Origin: an uncultured bacterium
Lineage (GTDB): Bacteria > Auribacterota > Tritonobacteria > UBA1439
DNA length: 54,029 nt
Direction of reading: 5' to 3'
Assembly: GCA_937858775.1 (NCBI GenBank)
Contig: CALLYX010000364.1
Span: forward strand, 1-54,029
The translations under genes and the position numbers were made by a program. Below are positions 7,887 to 17,544 of this stretch, piece by piece (within the stretch, counting starts at the first letter, position 1; each line of letters starts with the position of its first letter). Below the pieces are notes generated by a model that was not told the origin of the DNA, did not search any database, and was given only the letters and a program-made list of their open reading frames with translations.

Positions 7887-10800
7887 CGTTCCATGCGATT
7901 GCGGCGGGCATTGCGGTCGTTGTCGCGGCGACGCCTGTGCTGGGCCAGACCGAAACGCCGACCGAGACGCCTACGGAAGCGCCCACGGCGACGCCCACCG
8001 AGACACAGACGGCGCTGCCGACTGCGACACCCACTGTCACGCCGCCCAATTTCACGGTCTTCCATACCGACCCGACGTCGTCAGGCGGGATCGATACGAC
8101 GCTCGTCGATCAGATCCGCGCATCGTCCGGATCCGGGAACACGATCGACGTGTGCATATACAACATCGATCTGGACGACATCGTGGAGGCGCTCGTCGAC
8201 GCGAAGACGGGCGGCGCCACGGTCAGGGTGATCTCGGACGCGGACAGCGCGTATGCCGATGCGGAATACACGCAGTGGGAGGACGAGTACGGGACGCTCG
8301 TGGCCGCCGGCATCGAGGTCCGCACGAACGCACTCTCGAAGACCGGGATCATGCACAACAAGTTCGTGGTGTTCGACGGGGAGCGTGTCTGGACGGGGTC
8401 GTGGAACGCCACGAACACGGCCACGAACTCGGATTCCAACGACGCGATCATCATCTATTCCGCGGCGCTCGCGCAGGAGTACACGGACGAGTTCGAGGAG
8501 ATGTGGGGCGGCGAGTACGGGACGTACAAGGAGGACGACACGGAGCATCACTTCACCATAGACGGCGTCACGGTCGACTCGTATTTCGCGCCTTCCGACG
8601 GCGTGAAGGACGTGGTTCTCAGCGAGATCAACAGCGCCACGTCGAGCATCCATTTCCTGATGTACTCGTTCACGGACAAGGACATCGCCGATGCGATGAT
8701 CCAGAAGGCCACGGCGGCAACGCCCATACCGGTGACGGGCGTGCTCGACAACGGCCAGGGACAGGGCGCCTACAGCCAGCTCACCAACTTTACGCGGAAC
8801 AGCGTGCCGGTCAAGCTGGACACGTTCAGCGGCCTGCTCCATAACAAGCTGATCATCATCGACCGGGAGGGACCGGACCCCAGGGTCATCACCGGGTCGT
8901 TCAACCTGACCGACGCGGCGGAGGAGAAGAACGACGAGAACATCATCGTCGTCCGCAGTCAGGCGGTCGCAAGTTCGTATTATTCGATATTCGATCACGT
9001 GTACAGCCAGCATGCTGCCGCACCACCGGCGATCGCTCAGGGGCGGCTGGTGATAAGCGAGGTGCTGTCGAAGGGATTCTTCAGGTTCTTCAACATATGG
9101 GATTCCGTGAACTGGGGGCCGAGCAGCGACGAGGATTCAACTCCGGGGGACAAGAACGTCGTCGATGCCGTCCCCCCGCAGATCATCCACACGCCCGTCA
9201 CGGACGTGCTCGTGAATCGGCCCGTCTATATCCATTGCTCCATAACGGACAATGCATATCTCTACTCCGCCAAGGAGCCCACACTGCATTACCGGGCGGT
9301 TGCGGATCCCCCGCAGAGCTTCACCGCCATCCCCATGGGGGCGCTCAACGACGAGTACTACGGGAAGATACCAACGACTCTCACGGGAACTGTCGGCAGC
9401 GACAGGATCGAATACTACATAACAGCCAAGGACGCATCCCACAACAGGGGCTCGCACCCGGCGGTCAATCCCGAGCTGCATCCGCATTCCGTAAACGTCC
9501 AGGCGGAAGGCGACGACGACAAACTCGTGTTCACGGAGATAATGTACGATCCGCCCTCCACCCCCGAGGTGGATTACGAGTGGGTTGAGGTGATGAACAC
9601 CTCCACGCAGACGGTGTCGCTCAACAACTGGAAGTTCACGGATTTCGACGGGACGTACCAGTTCCCATCCGATGCCACGATCGGCGGGGGGGAATACAGG
9701 ATCCTCTGCAATACGCAGAGCGCGTTCAATACTGCCCATCCGGGCGTGTCCCAGGGCATCATCTATGAGTACGGGGACGAGACTACGGGCGGGGACATAA
9801 CGCTGCTGAACTCGTGGGCGACGGTGACGGGCTCAATCGCGCTCATCAATCCGTCCGATCTCATCGTCAGCGAGGTGGATTACTCATCCGGCTGGGGGGC
9901 GCAGAACGGTTCCGGGCCCAACAAGAACACGCTCGAGAAGATCGATCCCGCGGGACCGGACGACGGGACGAACTGGATGCATTCTATGGTGCGCGGCGGG
10001 ACGCCAGGCCAGGCGTCGAGCCCGCACTACATATTCACGAGATACGAGACGGGCGAGGCCAACGTCGTCACGCGGCCGGGCCCGTGGCTCTCGAAGACGC
10101 TCATCGACCATTCCGATCCACAGGAAGCCGGCGTGACGGTCTCATATCGGCTCGACCGCGCCTGCAATGTGAATGTAAAGATATACAATCCACCCGTCGA
10201 TCCAGCCCCCACTCCCACTGTTCCGCCAGAGAACTGCTATGACTCGCAGTATCTCGTGCGGACCCTGTATGTGACTCCGATGCCACGCGCGGAGAACATG
10301 GACATCTCCGCGAATGCACATGAGGCCGTGTGGGACGGCAAGAACGCGAGCGGGACGCCCGTGGCCGGCGTGTGCCGGGTCGTGCTCGAGGCGGAGAACG
10401 GCGGAACGACCTGCCGCACGGAGAGCGACGACACCGTCGCGGCGGCGAGCTGGGTGGCATACGACCCGGATGGATTTGCACTGTCGAATCGCCAGCTGGT
10501 GAGCGTGCTCTACAGCCTCACCAAGCCGGCGCATATGACGCTGGGATTCAAGTACAAGATGCCACAGGAGACCGTCTGGCAGTACATTACGCTTCTGGAT
10601 GGCGAGCTATGTCCGCGCCCGGCGGGATCACCGCTGGAGATCGCATCGAAATCCGTGTCGAACAGCTATCTGTGGGATGGCACGAACAATGCCGGCAATT
10701 ATGTCTCAACAGCGACCGATTACAAGATTTTCATGGAGGCAGAAGGCGACATCTACGGGAATGCCGTCATCTGCAGGTTCGGGGAGCTGCAGATACCGTC

Positions 10801-11140
10801 CCTGGTGCTCGATCCGAGAAGCTCGTTCGATCCTTCAACGCAGGGGAACGAAGTCGAACAAATCAAGTACGAATTGACCAAGGCTGCGAATGTCACGGTT
10901 ACGGTCATGGATTCTGACGGCGAGCCTGTCCAAACGGTCTTCACCGGCAGTCAGACATCAGGTCAGCATACCGAGCTTTATTGGGATGGCAAAGACGAAT
11001 CCCATACTAATGTCGTGGAAGATGGGAGATACATGATTGTCGTACGTGCCGATACCGGTGAAGGAGAAACGTACCAGGCCGTGGCGGAGAGCGTGGTGTT
11101 CAAGATCCACGATCCGAACTGGACGCCTGTGCCCAACTGA
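7871..11140 (+). CDS. Large secreted PLD-family enzyme with PT-rich linker, lamin-tail domain and FlgD-Ig-like repeats; start codon unresolved
   Basis: The frame is open from far upstream, but sensible protein begins about 7871: IAFHAIAAGIAVVVAATPVLGQ followed by TETPTETPTEAPT. HKD motifs are IMHNKFVVFDGERVWTGSWN and LLHNKLIIID...ITGSFNLT..NDEN. The LTD signature is LVFTEIMYDP...EWVEVMNTS...WKFTD. Three repeats carry WDGKNASG, WDGTNNAG and WDGKDESH. There is no ATG/GTG/TTG in frame within 40 codons upstream. Confidence 0.7.
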   Translation, partial: AHPVIAFHAIAAGIAVVVAATPVLGQTETPTETPTEAPTATPTETQTALPTATPTVTPPNFTVFHTDPTSSGGIDTTLVDQIRASSGSGNTIDVCIYNIDLDDIVEALVDAKTGGATVRVISDADSAYADAEYTQWEDEYGTLVAAGIEVRTNALSKTGIMHNKFVVFDGERVWTGSWNATNTATNSDSNDAIIIYSAALAQEYTDEFEEMWGGEYGTYKEDDTEHHFTIDGVTVDSYFAPSDGVKDVVLSEINSATSSIHFLMYSFTDKDIADAMIQKATAATPIPVTGVLDNGQGQGAYSQLTNFTRNSVPVKLDTFSGLLHNKLIIIDREGPDPRVITGSFNLTDAAEEKNDENIIVVRSQAVASSYYSIFDHVYSQHAAAPPAIAQGRLVISEVLSKGFFRFFNIWDSVNWGPSSDEDSTPGDKNVVDAVPPQIIHTPVTDVLVNRPVYIHCSITDNAYLYSAKEPTLHYRAVADPPQSFTAIPMGALNDEYYGKIPTTLTGTVGSDRIEYYITAKDASHNRGSHPAVNPELHPHSVNVQAEGDDDKLVFTEIMYDPPSTPEVDYEWVEVMNTSTQTVSLNNWKFTDFDGTYQFPSDATIGGGEYRILCNTQSAFNTAHPGVSQGIIYEYGDETTGGDITLLNSWATVTGSIALINPSDLIVSEVDYSSGWGAQNGSGPNKNTLEKIDPAGPDDGTNWMHSMVRGGTPGQASSPHYIFTRYETGEANVVTRPGPWLSKTLIDHSDPQEAGVTVSYRLDRACNVNVKIYNPPVDPAPTPTVPPENCYDSQYLVRTLYVTPMPRAENMDISANAHEAVWDGKNASGTPVAGVCRVVLEAENGGTTCRTESDDTVAAASWVAYDPDGFALSNRQLVSVLYSLTKPAHMTLGFKYKMPQETVWQYITLLDGELCPRPAGSPLEIASKSVSNSYLWDGTNNAGNYVSTATDYKIFMEAEGDIYGNAVICRFGELQIPSLVLDPRSSFDPSTQGNEVEQIKYELTKAANVTVTVMDSDGEPVQTVFTGSQTSGQHTELYWDGKDESHTNVVEDGRYMIVVRADTGEGETYQAVAESVVFKIHDPNWTPVPN

Positions 11141-11165
11141 TGGATCGAGCGAGGGGGGATATCCC

Positions 11166-14100
11166 ATGTCACGATTCTTGCGTTCCAGGATATGCAGGGA
11201 GCTGTGTTCCATTCTGATCATACAGATGCTTGTGATGGGGGGCATAGGTCAGGCATATGCATGCAGTCCCAGTCCGAATCCGGACTGCCTGGACGAAGAA
11301 TGCGAATGCGAGGAGGCAGGCAACTCGCGGTCATCCTCCTCGACCTCCTGCACGGGGTGCTCAGGCGGAAACCACGTCATTCAGGCGTCGGGGAACCTGC
11401 ATTTCAAGCTGCGACCATTCAAGCTGAAGGGCATCGGGGTGCCGGTGGAGCCCGTGTTTGCCTATAACTCGCAAGGGGCGAAGCCCGCCACTCCGTACGG
11501 GCGCGGCTGGGTGCTGAACTACGATCGGCGTCTCAAGAGGCTGAAGGCGCTCTCGTCCGGGCAGGACACCAAGCTCGAATGCGAGAACGGGAACGGCGGG
11601 ATCTACACCTATAGCATCGAGCCCGGTGGCACGACCTACAGGGCGAAGAAGAGGCACCTTTTGCAGGACAGCATCCTCTATGCAAGCGGAGAGAACTACA
11701 TCGAGGAGTTCAAGGACGGGACGAAGATGCTGTTCATCATGTCGGATGACAGGGGTTATATCTCGACCATCTCGGACCGGCACGGGAACGTTGTCACGAT
11801 CGAGCGGTACGCGGGCAGCAGGATCAGGACCATCACGGACTCCTCCAATAGGACTGTGACATTCGAGTACGCGAACGAGAAGCTGAGCAAGATCGTTCTG
11901 CCGTCACCCGGTGGGGGCGCCCCGGCGCCGGAATACCTGTTCACGTGCACCGCGACGTTGGATAAATACACGTCCGCGGAGGGCGCTGTCACCGAGTTCA
12001 CGTATCTGTACGAGTACCGCATGGGCAGCCGGAAGCACGCGGGGGAGGAGGTGCGGTACGAATGCGGGGATCCCGAATGGCCGACGAAGGTGACGAAACG
12101 GACGAGGATAATCGATGGGCACACGTACGAGAAGACGTTCACCTACTACCCTGTGGAGATGGAGACAATAGTGGTGGACGAGGCGGGGTTTACCACTGCC
12201 ACGAAGTACGACGACTTCGGCGATACCACAGAGAAGACCGTCGAGGATCAGGATCCAGTGGAATCCCGCTGGGCGGCCGATGCGAAGCCGAACATGAGAA
12301 CCAAGGTCGGGGGCAAACGCATCGCAAGCATTTACAGCACCCGAGGTAACATTACATACAAGGCCGAGAAGAAGTCCATTCAGGGCGGCTATGAGACGGG
12401 CCTCACGCATGCATACACATATGTCACGGATACCGATGATCTGCAGACTGATACGGATTCGTTGCGGGGCACGATCACATACGGGTATGATGCGAACCAT
12501 AACAAGACTAGCAAAACGCAGAATGTGACCGATCCAGACACGCAACAGTCAGTGGCGGTCAGCTGGGGTTGGACGTACTACTCGGACGGGCTGCTCCATA
12601 CGGAGACCGACCCGAACGGAAACGTGACGACCTATGAATACGAACAGTACGGCAATCCGATAGACATCCAGCGCAAGGACTCGCAGGGCGTCATCGTCTC
12701 CGAGACGACGGCGGTATACGACGCCCTGAATAGGATGACACAGAAGAAGGAGCGGATAGACAGCCAGAGATGGCGAATCACCGATCTCACCTACGATAAA
12801 GAGAACCGGGTGCTGAAGACGACATACAACGAGGACGAGAGCGACTATGAGGAGAACACGTACGACTGCTGCCATCTGCTCGCGAAGAGGGATAGGAACG
12901 GTAACACGGTTAGTATTACCTACTACGATTCCGGGAAGGTGTGGAAAGAAACCCGGACGGTCGATGGCACGAGTTATGTCATCGAATACGGGTACAACGG
13001 GCGGGACGAATTGACGAGCCGAAAGACCTACGCGATATCCGGCGGGCAGCCGGTGAACGTGGCAGAGACGACGTACCAGTATGATGCCGCGGGGCACAAG
13101 ACGCAGGTCAGGCAGAAGAAGGACGCATCGAACTGGATCCAGACTGACTTCGCTTACGATCCCAAGGGGCAGCTGGCATCGGAGACGAGATATCTGGGCA
13201 CACGCTCGATCGTGACCTCGTACGAGTACGACAACGCAGGACGGATATCGATAATCACGAAGCCGATAGATGCGAACACGACGGTAGAAACGGAGTACGA
13301 GTACGATGTTGCGGGGAGAAAGACCAAGGAGATCAATGCCCTCGACAAGGAGACCACGTACCAGTATGACGAGCTGGACAGGCTCATCCAGGTGAACGAG
13401 CCGCTGAACCGCGTGACGAAGTACCGGTACGACAAGAACGGGAACAAAGTGAAAGTCATCGACGCGCTGGACAGAACGACGACCTACACATACAACGGGC
13501 TGAACAAGGTAGCCAGCATCACCCGGCCGGTTAACGAAGGGCAGATCACCACGGTCACGACGAGCTATGCGTATGACTGTCTGGGGAACAGGACGCTGGT
13601 GACGGACGGGAACAACAAGCAGACGCAGTACGCCTATAATCTCGACGGCCGGCTAGAGCTGATGACGGACGCCGAGGGTCACGAGACGGAATACGAATAC
13701 TATCCTGCTGGGCAGCTCAAGACGCTCACGGATGCCGATGAGCACGTCACGCACTACACCTACGACGCTGTAGGAAAGCTGAGGCAGACAAAGTACGCTT
13801 ATCAGACTGATCGTGAGCGGACGGAGTCGTTCACCTATGACAACGCGGGGAACATGCTCACGAAGACCCTGCGGTCGGGTGACGTGATCTCGTTCGAGTA
13901 CGATCTCCTGAACCGGCAGACCGGGAAGATATACCCAGACGACAGCGAAGTGGAGTACATCTACGACGATCTCGGGCGAATGACATCAGTCACGGACACG
14001 AATGACGAAACGACAAGCTATGCCTACGATGACGCCAACAATCTCTTGAGCATCACCTATCCGGACAGCAAGGTCGTGCAGCACGAGTACAACAAGATGG

Positions 14101-15491
14101 GGAGCAGGACGAAGCTGACGTACACGGACAGCTCGTACATCGAGTACACGTACGACGATCTTGAGCGGATATATCAAGTGAAAGACCAGAACGGGAACGT
14201 GCTCGCTCAATACACGAACGATGAACTCCGACGGACGCGGCTGGACTACCTGAACGGGACGTATGCCACCTACAACTACAATGACGCGGACTGGGTAACG
14301 GCGCTGTATAATACTAAGCAGAATCAGGGAGACATATCATCGTTCACCTACACGCACGACAAGGCGGGGAACCGCGCGACGATGGTTACCACGGCTGGCA
14401 CGCATGCGTACACATACGACGACATCTACCAGCTCACGCAAGTGGACTACCCAAGCGGTCATCCGTACAGCGACAAGACGTACAACCTGAGCGATGTGGG
14501 GAACAGGACGAGCGTGGTGAACGGGGGGACGGTATCCTACACGCACAACGAGCTGAACGAGTACACCGCTGTGGGTGGATCAACCTACACATCCGACCTT
14601 CGAGGGAACCTCACGAGCGACGGGTCACAGAGCTACGCCTACGACCTCGACAACCGGCTCACCGGCGTGGGGCAGAGCATCAGCTATGCCTACGATCCGT
14701 TTGGGAAACGGATCCAAAAGACGATCAGCGGCAGCACCACGAAGTACATCCACTCCGGGGACCAGATCGTCGAGGAATGGGAAGGGACAACGCTCGCACG
14801 TAAGTACGTCTTCGGGGTGGGGATAGACGAGCCGCTGGTGATGGTCACAAGCGACGGCTCTAAATACTACTACCACTTCGATGCGCTGGGGTCGGTGAGG
14901 AATCTGACGGATTCCTCCGGGGCGACCGCTACAAGCTACGAGTACGATGTTTATGGGGCATTCACCCTGTCAGGATCGTCGCATGGAAATGCATACGCCT
15001 TTACCGGTAGGCAGTGGGATGGCGAGTCGAGCCTGTACTACTACAGGGCGAGGTACTACTTACCGGCGGTGGGGAGATTTATTCAAACAGATCCGACAAA
15101 TTACAAGGATGGTCCTAATCTTTACTGCTATGTTAAAAATAATGCGGTAAATATGGTAGATCCCAGCGGTCTCGCGTGCGGTCCTGGTGTTGTCGGAGAT
15201 TTTGTAATCCAAGATACATTTTTTAGTACAGCATGTGAAGCTCACGATCATTGCTATGAACAATGTCATCGTGGAGATCCAGATGGAAAGGAAAAATGCG
15301 ATAATCAGTTCCATGATGATGCTATGAGCATATGCGATGATTTACCAGCGGACAATTTGTTTGAAAAGTACATAAAAGGGAATTGCTATGTACTAGCCGA
15401 AATCTTCTACGGAGCGGTGGATACTTTAGGCGGCATTTCTTATGAGAGTAATCAAGCAGAAGCATGCAAGTGTCCCTCTTATTACGATTAA
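11166..15491 (+). CDS. RHS/YD-repeat polymorphic toxin with a C-terminal phospholipase-A2-like module
   Basis: 1441 aa, with GAGGGGGG upstream of ATG 11166 and a signal-like N-terminus. There are dozens of YD repeats (e.g. YEYDNAGRIS, YQYDELDRL, YTYDDLERI). The RHS core ends in YYYRARYYLPAVGRFIQTDP...DPSGL at 15159..15173. A 105-aa tail follows, carrying CGPG...CEAHDHCYEQC...CDNQFHDD. Confidence 0.9.
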   Translation: MSRFLRSRICRELCSILIIQMLVMGGIGQAYACSPSPNPDCLDEECECEEAGNSRSSSSTSCTGCSGGNHVIQASGNLHFKLRPFKLKGIGVPVEPVFAYNSQGAKPATPYGRGWVLNYDRRLKRLKALSSGQDTKLECENGNGGIYTYSIEPGGTTYRAKKRHLLQDSILYASGENYIEEFKDGTKMLFIMSDDRGYISTISDRHGNVVTIERYAGSRIRTITDSSNRTVTFEYANEKLSKIVLPSPGGGAPAPEYLFTCTATLDKYTSAEGAVTEFTYLYEYRMGSRKHAGEEVRYECGDPEWPTKVTKRTRIIDGHTYEKTFTYYPVEMETIVVDEAGFTTATKYDDFGDTTEKTVEDQDPVESRWAADAKPNMRTKVGGKRIASIYSTRGNITYKAEKKSIQGGYETGLTHAYTYVTDTDDLQTDTDSLRGTITYGYDANHNKTSKTQNVTDPDTQQSVAVSWGWTYYSDGLLHTETDPNGNVTTYEYEQYGNPIDIQRKDSQGVIVSETTAVYDALNRMTQKKERIDSQRWRITDLTYDKENRVLKTTYNEDESDYEENTYDCCHLLAKRDRNGNTVSITYYDSGKVWKETRTVDGTSYVIEYGYNGRDELTSRKTYAISGGQPVNVAETTYQYDAAGHKTQVRQKKDASNWIQTDFAYDPKGQLASETRYLGTRSIVTSYEYDNAGRISIITKPIDANTTVETEYEYDVAGRKTKEINALDKETTYQYDELDRLIQVNEPLNRVTKYRYDKNGNKVKVIDALDRTTTYTYNGLNKVASITRPVNEGQITTVTTSYAYDCLGNRTLVTDGNNKQTQYAYNLDGRLELMTDAEGHETEYEYYPAGQLKTLTDADEHVTHYTYDAVGKLRQTKYAYQTDRERTESFTYDNAGNMLTKTLRSGDVISFEYDLLNRQTGKIYPDDSEVEYIYDDLGRMTSVTDTNDETTSYAYDDANNLLSITYPDSKVVQHEYNKMGSRTKLTYTDSSYIEYTYDDLERIYQVKDQNGNVLAQYTNDELRRTRLDYLNGTYATYNYNDADWVTALYNTKQNQGDISSFTYTHDKAGNRATMVTTAGTHAYTYDDIYQLTQVDYPSGHPYSDKTYNLSDVGNRTSVVNGGTVSYTHNELNEYTAVGGSTYTSDLRGNLTSDGSQSYAYDLDNRLTGVGQSISYAYDPFGKRIQKTISGSTTKYIHSGDQIVEEWEGTTLARKYVFGVGIDEPLVMVTSDGSKYYYHFDALGSVRNLTDSSGATATSYEYDVYGAFTLSGSSHGNAYAFTGRQWDGESSLYYYRARYYLPAVGRFIQTDPTNYKDGPNLYCYVKNNAVNMVDPSGLACGPGVVGDFVIQDTFFSTACEAHDHCYEQCHRGDPDGKEKCDNQFHDDAMSICDDLPADNLFEKYIKGNCYVLAEIFYGAVDTLGGISYESNQAEACKCPSYYD

Positions 15492-15667
15492 ACTATCTAG
15501 AATCGTGTCTTGATACTTGCTTCCCAAGTTGTGTCATGGCGGGGAGCTAGGTGATGCAGCAATCTCCTGTCTCCCAATGAGTTGGGATCGCTTTGCTTCG
15601 CCCGCAGTGCAATCGCATTGCATCAAGGTATTTCCGAACACCACTAGATTAAATCCGGAGGTTTAAA

Positions 15668-16780
15668 GTGACAAGAAAATTACATACGCCCAGGTCGTTG
15701 TGTACTCTTTTATGTGCGCTATTTCTATTTTCTCACAAACCTGGAGTAGTACTAAATTCTGAACTGTTTCATAAGAAGGAGATTCATAATGCTTGTATCA
15801 TTGGTGGGGTTAGACATATTCAAACAGCCAACTATGGTCAACCACTTGGCAACAGGATTGCAATCTTAGGACAGGAATTGCTTATAGTATTATCTTGTGG
15901 TAATTACCGCGTGATAAACACGTATTCTTTTCGAGATAAAGATGGCCGGACTATCTCATTTGGTTTAAACCCTAGTTTGGTTGACATACATAGAGATGGC
16001 AGCTTCCAGATCATGAAAGGTGGCGGTGGCTATGGTGAAGTCGGTCTTCTTGATGATAAGGGCAATACACTCTGGTCATTTCAGCCAGATTCCAGACTGC
16101 CCCCCTTCAGAATGATTTCAGGGGATTTAGATGGCGACAATAGAATTGAGTTTTACGTAGCAGATCGCACCGGTCTTTATAAGTTAGATCATCATGGGAA
16201 TATAGCTGGCAAAATATCTAAAGCCTGGATTTCAGATATTAAGATAATCAGTGATTCTCGACTTCCATGCCCAATATTGATCGCCCTTACTCGTCATGGT
16301 GAATTCATGATATTTAATGCTGATGGAAGACTATTAAGGCAATTTACACCAGGATACGAAGTTCGCCGCTTCGATATAGTTAATTGGCCCGATAGTCCAA
16401 ATATTCTAGTAGGAGAAGGATTTTTTAGCTGGAATGTCCATGTATTGGATCTTAATGGCAAAGATCTCTTTCGATACAAGCTAAGTACTTCGTGGTCTTA
16501 TTATGGGCCCCAGGGTCTAGCTGTAAGATTCAATAAAGAGAACGAACCCTATCTTGTTGTATTAGGTCATGCAAAGGCTCCAAGCTACTTAACTCAACTC
16601 AACATATTCTCTCCTAGTGGTGCATTGGTGTACCAAGAGATACTGCACAGGACGCAAGGATTATGCAGTAGTGCTTGCGCGAATAGTGACACCGAGAAAC
16701 TGATTATCGGCAATGGTAATTCCAAAATATTGGAATATAGCATGCCTGAATACAGCACATTGCCCGTAGACAAACTATAA
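15668..16780 (+). CDS. Candidate cognate immunity protein: beta-propeller-like with an FG-GAP-type motif and an N-terminal signal
   Basis: 370 aa with a GTG start 8 nt after GGAGG and the hydrophobic N-terminus LCTLLCALFLF. It has repetitive strand-like segments and GDLDGDNRIEFYV (FG-GAP-like). It shares the low-GC composition of the toxin tail and lies directly downstream of the RHS gene. Confidence 0.55.
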   Translation: MTRKLHTPRSLCTLLCALFLFSHKPGVVLNSELFHKKEIHNACIIGGVRHIQTANYGQPLGNRIAILGQELLIVLSCGNYRVINTYSFRDKDGRTISFGLNPSLVDIHRDGSFQIMKGGGGYGEVGLLDDKGNTLWSFQPDSRLPPFRMISGDLDGDNRIEFYVADRTGLYKLDHHGNIAGKISKAWISDIKIISDSRLPCPILIALTRHGEFMIFNADGRLLRQFTPGYEVRRFDIVNWPDSPNILVGEGFFSWNVHVLDLNGKDLFRYKLSTSWSYYGPQGLAVRFNKENEPYLVVLGHAKAPSYLTQLNIFSPSGALVYQEILHRTQGLCSSACANSDTEKLIIGNGNSKILEYSMPEYSTLPVDKL

Positions 16781-16881
16781 CCCATCTTCTACAGTTCAAA
16801 ACACGACTATATTGATTACGAACGAGTTACGGAGACACAAAAAGTTGTTGGTACTATATTCCAAGGGTATCGGAGAGTACG

Positions 16882-17543
16882 CTATAGTTCCCGTATCGTC
16901 GGCGGGGGCGCTACCCCCACCGCCCGCAGCACCGCGCCGGCGCAGCCCTTGAGCTGGCTGCGCAGGCCGAAGTCCACCTGCGCCTCCTCACCGGGAAGGC
17001 ACTCCACGCGGTACACCCGTCCGGGATGGACCACGCGCAGGTGCCGCGCGTAGCGCTTCACCGACTCGTAGGAACCCGTGAAGCCGTGCTCCACCACGAG
17101 GTCCTGGTAGATCCTCTGGGCGGTCAGGCCCGCCTCGAGCGCGTGCGTTATCGACTCGTGGAACGGCCGGCACCGGCTCTCCCTGCCGGCGGTCGGAATG
17201 GCCGGTTTTGGCGGTGGGGACACCCCGGACCCGGCGGTCGAAATGGCTGGTTTTGAAGCGGGGGACCCGGCGGTCGGAATGGCCGGTTTTGAGGCGCGCT
17301 CGATCTCAAGCCGGATGTAGCGCCCTACCGTCTCCCGGTTGAGCCCGAGCTCCCGTGCGATGCGTCGCTGTGACCATCCACGGTTGTAGCGCGCTGTGAT
17401 CGAATGAGTTGTGGCCACTTTGATCAGGTTCGCCATCTGCAGATCCCCCTTTCCGTGCGGGGTATTCTACAGGGCGCACATCTCCTTCAAAGTGGCTGGT
17501 TTTGAACCGTTCCTCCGTGGCTGGTTTTAACCGACCGCTGACA
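16882..17543 (-). mobile_element. IS21-family element, left end only: terminal repeats plus a 5' istA fragment (16882..17436)
   Basis: On the minus strand the terminus reads TGTCAGCGGTCGG... with repeated AAAACCAGCCAC motifs (17492..17508, 17518..17533). The IstA N-terminus has an HTH (GWSQRRIARELGLNRETVGRYI) and reaches GEEAQVDFG before degenerating. No istB or right end is present. Confidence 0.7.
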
Positions 17544-17544
17544 C

